A DNA stretch of 64,000 nt, taken from the NCBI GenBank assembly GCA_030531385.1, contig JAUNNP010000001.1:18402-82401 (forward strand). Reading direction: 5' to 3'. The stretch's first letter is position 1. Each line of letters starts with the position of its first letter. The notes under the pieces were generated by a model. That model saw only the letters and a program-made list of their open reading frames with translations. It ran no database searches and had not been told where the DNA came from. The position numbers and the translations under genes are program-made. The DNA is from Eubacteriales bacterium (GTDB lineage Bacteria; Bacillota; Clostridia; Lachnospirales; Lachnospiraceae). Positions 56,868 through 63,861 of the stretch are shown in pieces.

Positions 56868-57872
56868 TTATCTTGCGAGCTTTTCATAGTTTTCGCTTTC
56901 GTCATGAATAATGACCGTGCCCTCATTCTCGAAGCAAAACGGAATATACAGTAGCTCCTTCATGGCTTCCATTACGGCCTCCTGATGTTCAGGATCCACA
57001 TAAAACACGAGGAAGCCTCCTCCGCCGGCGCCAAGCAGCTTTCCGCCAAGCGCTCCGGCCCTGATGCCTGCAGCGTACATGCAGTCAATGCTGTCCGTCG
57101 ATATGCCTGACGCTATTCCGCGCTTTAACTTCCATGTGTGGTCGAGCATACGTCCGAAATCATCAAGGTCGGCCTGCTCATCCGCAAGTATCCTCTCCGC
57201 ATCATAGACCAGCGAGGTCATCTCCTTAAGCTGCGCGGTCTTATCCTTAAGTGCCGCCGAGGTCCCGACCTGGATGTCAGAGGAGAATCTGGAAAAGCCT
57301 GTAAAAAAAAGCATGAGTCTTGAATTAAGCTCCCGGCGACGCGCTTCGGAGATATTTACAGGGCGCACCTCATAGCCGTCCGCCCCAAAAGCTATGACAT
57401 TGAGTCCGCCAAAGGCTGCCGCTACCTGGTCCTGTATGCCTCCGCTTTCATTGCACAGCACGCGCTCTAAGTATATTGCCTCATCAGCCAGCTGCCGCTT
57501 TGACAGCTTCTTTCCTTTAAGCGCACTGAAGGCGTTCAGCATTCCCACTGCAAATGAAGACGACGTGCCAAGTCCTGACCTCGCGGGAAGATCCGCGTCA
57601 TAGGAAAGTCTGAGCTCATGCATGTCCTTCATCTTCATGGCATTGCGCACCGCCGGATGCACTATCTCATCCGTATGCTTCACGCGCTCTATCTTCGAAT
57701 AAATTATCTCATTCCAGTAATCAAAGAAACGCGGCAGGTGTCTGACACTTACATAGCAGTACTTGTCAAAGGTCGTTGAAAGCACCGCACCGCCATGCTC
57801 CTTGAAATAGCTTTCAAAATCCGTTCCTCCGCCGAAAAATGACATGCGGAAGGGTGTCCTGGTAATTATCAT
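56868..57872 (-). CDS. GHMP-family sugar kinase of the HddA-like clade (heptose-7-phosphate-kinase-like)
   Basis: 334 aa. MIITRTPFRMSFFGGGTDF... N-terminus is typical of HddA-like kinases. GHMP motif II LPARSGLGTSSSFAVG. C-terminal GALGGKLLGAGGGGFLVFY. Confidence 0.8.
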   Translation of the reverse strand: MIITRTPFRMSFFGGGTDFESYFKEHGGAVLSTTFDKYCYVSVRHLPRFFDYWNEIIYSKIERVKHTDEIVHPAVRNAMKMKDMHELRLSYDADLPARSGLGTSSSFAVGMLNAFSALKGKKLSKRQLADEAIYLERVLCNESGGIQDQVAAAFGGLNVIAFGADGYEVRPVNISEARRRELNSRLMLFFTGFSRFSSDIQVGTSAALKDKTAQLKEMTSLVYDAERILADEQADLDDFGRMLDHTWKLKRGIASGISTDSIDCMYAAGIRAGALGGKLLGAGGGGFLVFYVDPEHQEAVMEAMKELLYIPFCFENEGTVIIHDESENYEKLAR

Positions 57873-57899
57873 TTTCAGTATTTCTCCGGCCGGTCTATA

Positions 57900-58550
57900 T
57901 TAAAGTCCTTTTTTTCTGTTATAGGCATCACAGATCGCGTTGACATTCCTGATAAGGATATAGCTGCCGATAAAGGTTCCGATACCGCAGATAACAGATC
58001 CGAAAACTCTCCAGAGGAGAATAGTGGTACCATTCTCCTGGAAATTCATGCCATATGCCGGCGCGTTCTTAGCCAGACGGTTTCCAAGCTTGTACTCCCA
58101 GTAAATTCCATAGAAGCCGCAGGTAATAAAGCAGAGAAGTATATACATGCCAAGACCTGCAGTCTCCTCGTCGTCGTCATCACAGGCAATATTGATATCC
58201 CTTGCCACTGTGTATATAAAGTAATATCCATAGATACCGCAGGTTATAAGGGAAAGAAGGATATAGGCAACAAGACTTCTGTCAGTCTTTAAAGCGCCTG
58301 CGGGGTCATAAGTTCCATGAATATCATTTGCCACCTCTTCCACAGCTGAATCGAGCGACTGTCCGGCCTTGTTCATTGCGTCTTTTGCAGTCTCCTTAGC
58401 CTCCTCATAAGCATCTCCTGCAGCCTTTGACGCCTCATTCACAGTTTCATTAAATTTAACTCCTGCCGCGCCAATATCGACTCTCGCGCCGCACTCAGTA
58501 CAAAACTTTGATCCATCCGGAATCTCGTTTCCGCATTTAGGACAAAACAT
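57900..58550 (-). CDS. Zinc-ribbon plus duplicated DUF4234-like membrane protein
   Basis: 216 aa. N-terminal MFCPKCGNEIPDGSKFCTECGA (Cys4 ribbon), an acidic helical linker, then two TM repeats carrying CGIYGYYFIY and CGFYGIYWEYKLGNRLA. Confidence 0.7.
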   Translation of the reverse strand: MFCPKCGNEIPDGSKFCTECGARVDIGAAGVKFNETVNEASKAAGDAYEEAKETAKDAMNKAGQSLDSAVEEVANDIHGTYDPAGALKTDRSLVAYILLSLITCGIYGYYFIYTVARDINIACDDDDEETAGLGMYILLCFITCGFYGIYWEYKLGNRLAKNAPAYGMNFQENGTTILLWRVFGSVICGIGTFIGSYILIRNVNAICDAYNRKKGL

Positions 58551-58977
58551 ATATTACCTCCTTAATAATGTGTATGAAAAAACCATTTTCAACATTTATC
58601 CCGAGAACGGGGTCTCCTGACGCCATTCTGAATATGTATACCAAAACAAACATGCCCGCCAGCAAAAAGCACAGGGCATCAAACACTCTCTTTGGAATAT
58701 GCCTCCTGAATATCCATGCGGCAAATGCTGCCGGCATCAATACTGATAGCGGATGGTACTGCACCGCTGTGCGGATATCTGCCCTGCAAAGCGCAAGCAG
58801 CGCTCTTGACATGCCGCATCCGGCACAGGGGATCCCCGTCAAAAACTTTATGGGGCATCCTATGCCGCTTAAGTCCATCAGGAGTACCGCAAGCAAAATT
58901 GCCGCGATAAGCTGCAGATCCTCTGTTATTTGCTTTTTTTCTTTTTTCACAGGCTCTTCAACTACACCTGTCGGCAT
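58537..58977 (-). CDS. DUF2752-like small membrane protein
   Basis: The ATG at 58975-58977 has GGAGG 7 nt upstream. The tracked GTG start at 59025 would lie in the terminator flank. Motif GCPIKFLTGIPCAGCGMSRA followed by TM helices. The 3' end overlaps the next gene by 14 nt. Confidence 0.7.
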   Translation of the reverse strand: MPTGVVEEPVKKEKKQITEDLQLIAAILLAVLLMDLSGIGCPIKFLTGIPCAGCGMSRALLALCRADIRTAVQYHPLSVLMPAAFAAWIFRRHIPKRVFDALCFLLAGMFVLVYIFRMASGDPVLGINVENGFFIHIIKEVIYVLS

Positions 58978-59020
58978 TGCATATCCTCCGTTTCGCTTTT
59001 TTTCTTTACGCCTCGATAAT

Positions 59021-59070
59021 ATCACAAAAGACGGGGATAATAAAGCAATTACTTTATACCCCCCGTCTTT
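59021..59070 (-). terminator. Possible terminator after the small RHH gene
   Basis: AAAGACGGGG (59027-59036) pairs with CCCCGTCTTT (59061-59070). The loop is large (24 nt). On the minus strand the hairpin runs into TTTTGTG. Confidence 0.45.
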
Positions 59071-59086
59071 GCCATACGTTTAAGTT

Positions 59087-59272
59087 TTATCCTATACGTA
59101 TGCCCGGAATACCGCTCATGAGCATCAGGTTGATCAGTTCATTTCTCGAATAATTGCATTCGATCGCTATCTTGTCTATCGAATCAAGAGTATCATTTTT
59201 GATCCTGATAGAGATCACCCGTGAGCTGTTGTTCCTGCTGCGTTTCTTAATTGTGATACCGGTTACTTCCAT
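59087..59272 (-). CDS. Small ribbon-helix-helix (CopG-like) DNA-binding protein
   Basis: 61 aa from the ATG at 59270-59272 (AGGAG about 10 nt upstream; the tracked ORF extends further). MEVTGITIKKRSRNNSSRVISIRIKNDTLDSIDKIAIECNYSRNELINLML... fits a beta-strand/helix/helix pattern. Confidence 0.55.
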   Translation of the reverse strand: MEVTGITIKKRSRNNSSRVISIRIKNDTLDSIDKIAIECNYSRNELINLMLMSGIPGIRIG

Positions 59273-59375
59273 AGCTAAAACACTCCTTTTTATTTTTATT
59301 ATAAAAGGGTAAACGCCACAATTATACACTACACTTGTCATACACTTTTTGCTTTAATTTCTTCCCGGAATGCTA

Positions 59376-59403
59376 TTGACAAAAACCAGAAATATGATAA
59401 TAT
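59376..59403 (+). promoter_or_regulatory. Sigma-A promoter of the perR-rbr-rd operon
   Basis: TTGACA (59376-59381), 16-nt spacer, TAATAT (59398-59403), preceded by TGa (extended -10). Confidence 0.65.
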
Positions 59404-59411
59404 TTAGAAAA

Positions 59412-59426
59412 CAATAATAATTACTA
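59412..59426 (+). promoter_or_regulatory. Candidate Fur/PerR-box operator
   Basis: caATAATaATTActa compared with the Per-box consensus TTATAATnATTATAA matches 10 of 14 positions. It lies just downstream of the -10 element. Confidence 0.4.
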
Positions 59427-59436
59427 TTTTTAAATT

Positions 59437-59823
59437 ATGAAAAATTTTTCAAAACAGCGGGAAGCTATAACTGAATATTTAAAGAGTACGGATTCACATC
59501 CAACAGCAGATGAGGTATATGACCGTGTCAGGATAACGTATCCAAATATCAGTCTCGGGACCGTATACCGTAATCTTAATCAGCTAAGTGAAAACGGTAT
59601 TATACGTAAAGTATGTACGCTTAACGGACCTGATCATTTTGATTACAGGACTGATAGTCACGGGCATTTTACCTGCAGGCTCTGCGGCCGCATCTATGAT
59701 GTGACCATGGATATGACCTGGCTGTCCGAAGATAAAAACATACTTCCCGGGGTAGCGGAAAGCTGCGATGTGATGTATCATGGAGTTTGCACATGCTGCT
59801 CAAAAAAAGCAGCATATAAATAA
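59437..59823 (+). CDS. perR: Fur-family metalloregulator, PerR-like
   Basis: 128 aa. ...STDSHPTADEVYDRVR...ISLGTVYRNLNQL.... Structural Zn site CRLCG...CTCC. Located directly upstream of the rubrerythrin and rubredoxin genes. Confidence 0.75.
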   Translation: MKNFSKQREAITEYLKSTDSHPTADEVYDRVRITYPNISLGTVYRNLNQLSENGIIRKVCTLNGPDHFDYRTDSHGHFTCRLCGRIYDVTMDMTWLSEDKNILPGVAESCDVMYHGVCTCCSKKAAYK

Positions 59824-59853
59824 ATTATATTTTTAAGATGGAGGTCTTAATCT

Positions 59854-60393
59854 ATGAAAACATGGGTATGTACAGTATGTGGTTACACAGTAGAGGCAGA
59901 GCAGGCACCTGCAGAGTGTCCGGTATGTCATGTAAAGTCTGACAAGTTCAAGGAGCAGGCTGATGAGCTCACATGGGCTGCTGAGCACGTTGTAGGCGTT
60001 GCTCAGGGCGTTTCAGAGGACATCATTGCTGATCTTCGCGACAACTTTAACGGCGAGTGCTCAGAGGTAGGTATGTACCTTGCAATGTCAAGAGTAGCTT
60101 ACAGAGAGGGCTATCCTGAGGTTGGTGACTACTACAGACTTGCTGCATGGGAAGAGGCAGAGCACGCAGCCAAGTTTGCTGAGCTCCTTGGCGAAGTAGT
60201 TACAGACAGCACAAAGAAGAACCTTGAGCTTAGAGTAGCAGCAGAGAACGGCGCTACAGCAGGTAAGGTCGACCTTGCAAAGAGAGCTAAGGCAGCTAAC
60301 CTTGACGCTATCCATGATACTGTTCACGAGATGGCAAGAGACGAGGCTCGTCATGGCAAGGCATTCGCAGGCCTCCTCAAGAGATATTTTTGA
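59854..60393 (+). CDS. Reverse rubrerythrin (N-terminal rubredoxin-like FeS4 domain, C-terminal diiron four-helix bundle)
   Basis: 179 aa. CTVCGY...CPVCH at the N-terminus, then ExxH diiron motifs ([21 protein letters not shown]). Confidence 0.9.
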   Translation: MKTWVCTVCGYTVEAEQAPAECPVCHVKSDKFKEQADELTWAAEHVVGVAQGVSEDIIADLRDNFNGECSEVGMYLAMSRVAYREGYPEVGDYYRLAAWEEAEHAAKFAELLGEVVTDSTKKNLELRVAAENGATAGKVDLAKRAKAANLDAIHDTVHEMARDEARHGKAFAGLLKRYF

Positions 60394-60413
60394 TAAGAAA
60401 GGAACCCAATATC

Positions 60414-60569
60414 ATGAAATATGAGTGCCCTTGCGGATACGTATATGATCCCGCAGTAGGCGATCCGGATAACGGCATCGCGCCCGGAACAGCATGGGAA
60501 GACCTTCCTGCTGACTGGACCTGCCCTACCTGCGGTCTTGACAAGGATGTTTTCACACCTGCTGACTGA
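60414..60569 (+). CDS. Rubredoxin (51 aa) with an atypical first Cys knuckle
   Basis: Below the ORF-track size cutoff. ATG at 60414, TGA at 60567-60569. [51 protein letters not shown] is rubredoxin throughout, except that the first knuckle reads C-P-C-G where C-x-x-C-G is normal. Confidence 0.85.
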   Translation: MKYECPCGYVYDPAVGDPDNGIAPGTAWEDLPADWTCPTCGLDKDVFTPAD

Positions 60570-60595
60570 TCATACTATCTATATTTACACGATCA

Positions 60596-60645
60596 CAGGG
60601 TTGTCGCATTACTGAAAAATCATAGTGCGGCAGCCCTGTTTTGTA
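60596..60645 (+). terminator. Rho-independent terminator of the perR-rbr-rd operon
   Basis: A 13-bp stem: CAGGGTTGTCGCA (60596-60608) pairs with TGCGGCAGCCCTG (60627-60639), including two G-U pairs. Followed by TTTTG. Confidence 0.75.
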
Positions 60646-60777
60646 TACCCAAAACTTCTGCACGAATTTAATTGAAAAAGATAGCCATATTCTGTGCAAA
60701 AGTGCTATACTGTATAAACAAAACAAAATGAAGCCGGATCTCCGGCTGCGTAATTAAAAAATAAGGAGAACAGACCA

Positions 60778-61572
60778 ATGAACAATGTTATTCTTGAAGT
60801 TGCAGATCAGATCGCAATAGTTACAATCAGCCGTCCGGGTTCACTCAATGCCCTTAATTCAGAGACACTTGCTGAGCTCAACGAGACCTTTGCAGGTATC
60901 GAGAAGCGCAAGGACGTAAGAGTCGTTATCCTTACAGGCGGTCCTGATAAGAAGGGCAACGCATTCAAGTCATTCGTAGCAGGCGCAGATATTTCTGAGA
61001 TGGTCAACGCTACAGCTCCTGAGGGACGTGCTATGTCACTCCTTGCTATGGAAGCTTTCAACAGACTTGAGAACATGCCTCAGGTAACAATAGCTGCAGT
61101 TAACGGCTTCGCACTTGGCGGCGGCTGCGAGATCAGCATGGCATGCGACATCCGTGTTGCTTCTGAGAATGCTGTATTTGGTCAGCCTGAGTGCGGACTT
61201 GGTATTCTTCCGGGCTTCGGCGGAACACAGAGACTTGCACGCCTTGTAGGTAAGGGACGCGCTAAGGAACTCATCTTCACCTGCGATAAGATCGATGCTC
61301 AGGAAGCTTACAGGATCGGTCTTGCAAACAAGGTAGTTCCTGCTGAGGAGCTCATCCCGGCATGCAAGGAGATGGCAGCTAAGATCCTCAAGAACGGCAG
61401 CTATGCAATCAGCCTCGCTAAGCAGGTAATCAACTCAGGTATGGATACCGATCTTAACAGCGGTCTTAAGGCAGAGGCAGATCTCTTCGGACTTTCATTC
61501 GCTACAGGCGACAAGAAGGAAGGCATGACAGCATTCCTCGAGAAGAGACCTTCAAACCTTACAGATTTCTAA
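60778..61572 (+). CDS. Short-chain enoyl-CoA hydratase (crotonase family)
   Basis: 264 aa. ...IAIVTISRPGSLNALN..., oxyanion/active-site region AAVNGFALGGGCEISMACDIRVAS...FGQPECGLGILPGFGGTQRL. Confidence 0.88.
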   Translation: MNNVILEVADQIAIVTISRPGSLNALNSETLAELNETFAGIEKRKDVRVVILTGGPDKKGNAFKSFVAGADISEMVNATAPEGRAMSLLAMEAFNRLENMPQVTIAAVNGFALGGGCEISMACDIRVASENAVFGQPECGLGILPGFGGTQRLARLVGKGRAKELIFTCDKIDAQEAYRIGLANKVVPAEELIPACKEMAAKILKNGSYAISLAKQVINSGMDTDLNSGLKAEADLFGLSFATGDKKEGMTAFLEKRPSNLTDF

Positions 61573-61596
61573 TTCAGATCTATTTGAAACTTACGC

Positions 61597-61630
61597 GGGG
61601 AGCAGTTTTTTGCTGCTTCCCGTTTTAATT
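61597..61630 (+). terminator. Rho-independent terminator after the crotonase gene
   Basis: GGGGAGCAG (61597-61605) pairs with CTGCTTCCC (61612-61620), including one G-U pair, around a T6 loop. Followed by GTTTTAATTT. Confidence 0.65.
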
Positions 61631-61646
61631 TAAGCAGAGGATAAGT

Positions 61647-62408
61647 ATGTACGAAATAGAGAAGCTGAAAAGCTGGATAGACGAATGCAGCAGCATAGTA
61701 TTCTTTGGCGGAGCCGGCGTATCCACAGAAAGCGGCATTCCGGATTTCAGGAGTAAAGACGGACTTTACAATCAGCATGATATCCGCTTTGACAAATACC
61801 AGCCGGAGTATCTTTTAAGCCACACCTGCCTTATAAGGGAACCTGCGGTTTATTTTGAGTTTCACCGCCAGAAGATGGATACGAGAAATGTTGAGCCCAA
61901 TGATGCCCACAAGTATCTGGCAAAGCTCGAGGAAATGGGAAAGCTTAGCGCCATAGTCACACAGAATATTGACGGACTGCATCAGAAGGCCGGCAGCAAA
62001 AAGGTATATGAGATCCATGGAAAAGCCTATAAGAATTACTGCATGAGCTGCGGAAAAGACTATGCAGATGACTATATCTTTGAGTCTGCTGAGCCCATTC
62101 CGCGCTGCACGAAATGCGGAGGAGTAATAAGGCCTGCCATAACGCTGTATGAGGAGTCACTTCCCGAAGAGGATGTAGAGTTATCGATACGTGCCATACG
62201 AAAGGCAGATATGCTCATCATAGGGGGTACCTCACTTGCGGTATACCCCGCAGCCTCCTTTATCAATTATTTCAATGGAAAATATCTTGTAGTTATGAAC
62301 AGAAGCCGCCTCTCCCACAGTGTTCACTCCGAAAACGAGCTTCAGATAAATAAAAATATCGGCGAGGCCTTCAGGGAGCTTGCCGCGCTTCAGGGCATAA
62401 CGCTTTGA
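61647..62408 (+). CDS. cobB: NAD-dependent protein deacylase (Sir2 family)
   Basis: 253 aa. FFGGAGVSTESGIPDFRS, TQNIDGLH. Zn site CMSCG...CTKCGG. Confidence 0.92.
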   Translation: MYEIEKLKSWIDECSSIVFFGGAGVSTESGIPDFRSKDGLYNQHDIRFDKYQPEYLLSHTCLIREPAVYFEFHRQKMDTRNVEPNDAHKYLAKLEEMGKLSAIVTQNIDGLHQKAGSKKVYEIHGKAYKNYCMSCGKDYADDYIFESAEPIPRCTKCGGVIRPAITLYEESLPEEDVELSIRAIRKADMLIIGGTSLAVYPAASFINYFNGKYLVVMNRSRLSHSVHSENELQINKNIGEAFRELAALQGITL

Positions 62409-62424
62409 TCCGGGATCAGATATT

Positions 62425-62465
62425 AAAAAAGCAGCTTCCGAACGTAACGGAAACTGCTTTTATAA
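62425..62465. terminator. Bidirectional terminator between convergent cobB and the trigger-factor-like gene
   Basis: AAAAGCAGCTTCCG (62427-62440) pairs with CGGAAACTGCTTTT (62448-62461) with one C-A mismatch. Flanked by an A-run and a T-run. Confidence 0.7.
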
Positions 62466-62517
62466 TTTTACAGGTCGCTTTGCACTTCGTGCATCCACGC
62501 CTCTGCCGGCTTTCAGC

Positions 62518-63801
62518 TTACTGCTTTGCTGCCTCAGTTGTCTCAGCTGCAGTCTCGGTCGTGTCTGCTGCGGCTGTCGTATCACCATACATCTGAGCCT
62601 CATAATCAGCATACGAGATGTAGTTTACTGCTGCGTTCTCAGAAAGATATCTGCCTACAAGATACTGTAAAACGGTCTCCTTAAGCCAATCCTCTGTGGT
62701 TCCGTTCTTGATAAGCTCCTCGCTGTAGCCATAATCCTTGAGATAATCCTGAAGTGCCTCGTCATTGTATGCAAAGCCCTGTTCCCTGGCAATAGCATCA
62801 ACTACAGCAGACTGTGCGGTAGTGGTTTTTGCTTCTTCCTTAAGACCATCCCTGAAGTCTGCATAGGTCTGTCCATAGTAGCTGATAAGCTCAGCAAGTC
62901 CCATACCATAACTTGTGGAAAGTGACTTATCATAATTCTGAAGATAAGTGTCGATCTGCCATTCAACAGCATCATCGGTAACATCAGTCTTGCAGAGCTT
63001 GGTTGCCTCAGCGATAGCATTGGCATAAAGCTCGCCCTTTGCAAAGGAATCCTCTGACTGCTGAAGCGCCTCTCTTATCCCCTCACGATACTCTGTTACG
63101 GTCTTATAGTTTCCTCCGCTGATCTCCTCCACCTTTGCGTCATCGAGATCTTCCATCTCAAGAGGTCTTGTTACCTTATTTACAGTTACATCAAATACGA
63201 CCTCCTGTCCCGCAAGTTCCTCTGCCTGGTATTCATCGGGGAACTTAAGGTTAAGCGACACCTTGTCTCCGGCCTTTGTGCCTATAAGACCTGACTCGAA
63301 TCCGTCAATAAATGAGCCTGAGCCAAGTGTAAGGTCGTAGCCCTGGGATGTGCCGCCCTCAAAGGCAACTCCGTCCTTCTTGCCCTCAAAGTCAATATTT
63401 ACGATATCGCCGTCTGCAGCAGCGCCATCTACCTCCTTGGTCTGACCGTAAAGAGAATAGTTTTTGATATAATTATCTATCTGCTCATCTCCTATGGTCT
63501 CGGCAATAGGTGCTGTGATCTCAAGCTTTGTAAGATCTCCGAGCTCGACTGTTCCAAGACTGTCCGGCTTTACCGGGTTGATCGCTGCTATAGCCTCAGC
63601 ATCCGCTGTCGTCTGAGCAGCCGCCTCTGAAGCTGCACCTTCTGCTGCAGCTGAGCTTTCTGCTGCAGCTGTAGTCTCGGCAGTCTCAGTTCCGGCAGCT
63701 GTAGTTGCTGCAGGTGATGATGCTGACGAGCCCGAGCATCCGCTTAAGGCAAATGCTGACGCAGCCACTGCCGACAAAACAATTAAGTTGATTTTTTTCA
63801 T
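62518..63801 (-). CDS. Lipoprotein paralog of trigger factor (FKBP PPIase plus TF C-terminal arm domain, no ribosome-binding domain)
   Basis: 427 aa. Lipobox MKKINLIVLSAVAASAFALSG/C and Ala/Thr/Glu low-complexity linkers at both ends. The core GDIVNIDFEGKKDGVAFEGGTSQGYDLTLGSGSFIDGFESGLIGTKAGDKVSLNLKFPDEYQAEELAGQEVVFDVTVNKV aligns with the trigger-factor PPIase domain. No GFRxGxxP motif. Confidence 0.8.
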   Translation of the reverse strand: MKKINLIVLSAVAASAFALSGCSGSSASSPAATTAAGTETAETTAAAESSAAAEGAASEAAAQTTADAEAIAAINPVKPDSLGTVELGDLTKLEITAPIAETIGDEQIDNYIKNYSLYGQTKEVDGAAADGDIVNIDFEGKKDGVAFEGGTSQGYDLTLGSGSFIDGFESGLIGTKAGDKVSLNLKFPDEYQAEELAGQEVVFDVTVNKVTRPLEMEDLDDAKVEEISGGNYKTVTEYREGIREALQQSEDSFAKGELYANAIAEATKLCKTDVTDDAVEWQIDTYLQNYDKSLSTSYGMGLAELISYYGQTYADFRDGLKEEAKTTTAQSAVVDAIAREQGFAYNDEALQDYLKDYGYSEELIKNGTTEDWLKETVLQYLVGRYLSENAAVNYISYADYEAQMYGDTTAAADTTETAAETTEAAKQ

Positions 63802-63861
63802 CTTACTTCTCCTCTTTTGCTTTCTTAATTAAGCTATAATGTTCCCACTGACCCATCCATA

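Noticed and set aside
58978-59025. Upstream start-codon extensions in the ORF track. Examples are the GTG at 59025 for the DUF2752-like gene, the GTG at 27268 for rpsI, the TTG at 33305 and 36692, and 56829 for rpiB.
   Set aside because: In each case a downstream ATG has a properly spaced GGAGG-type SD and gives the family-typical N-terminus. The extensions run into terminators or upstream coding sequence or SD sequence.
60728-60757. A 9-codon upstream ORF (MKPDLRLRN) overlapping a GCCGGA/TCCGGC hairpin ahead of the crotonase gene.
   Set aside because: It is too short, with no SD and no means of assessing conservation here. It is noted only as a curiosity.
60778-61572. The crotonase gene as part of a butyrate (bcd-etf-hbd-thl) operon.
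   Set aside because: It is a single gene flanked by its own terminator and a Sir2 gene. No thiolase, hbd, bcd or etf genes are in the window, so no pathway call is justified.
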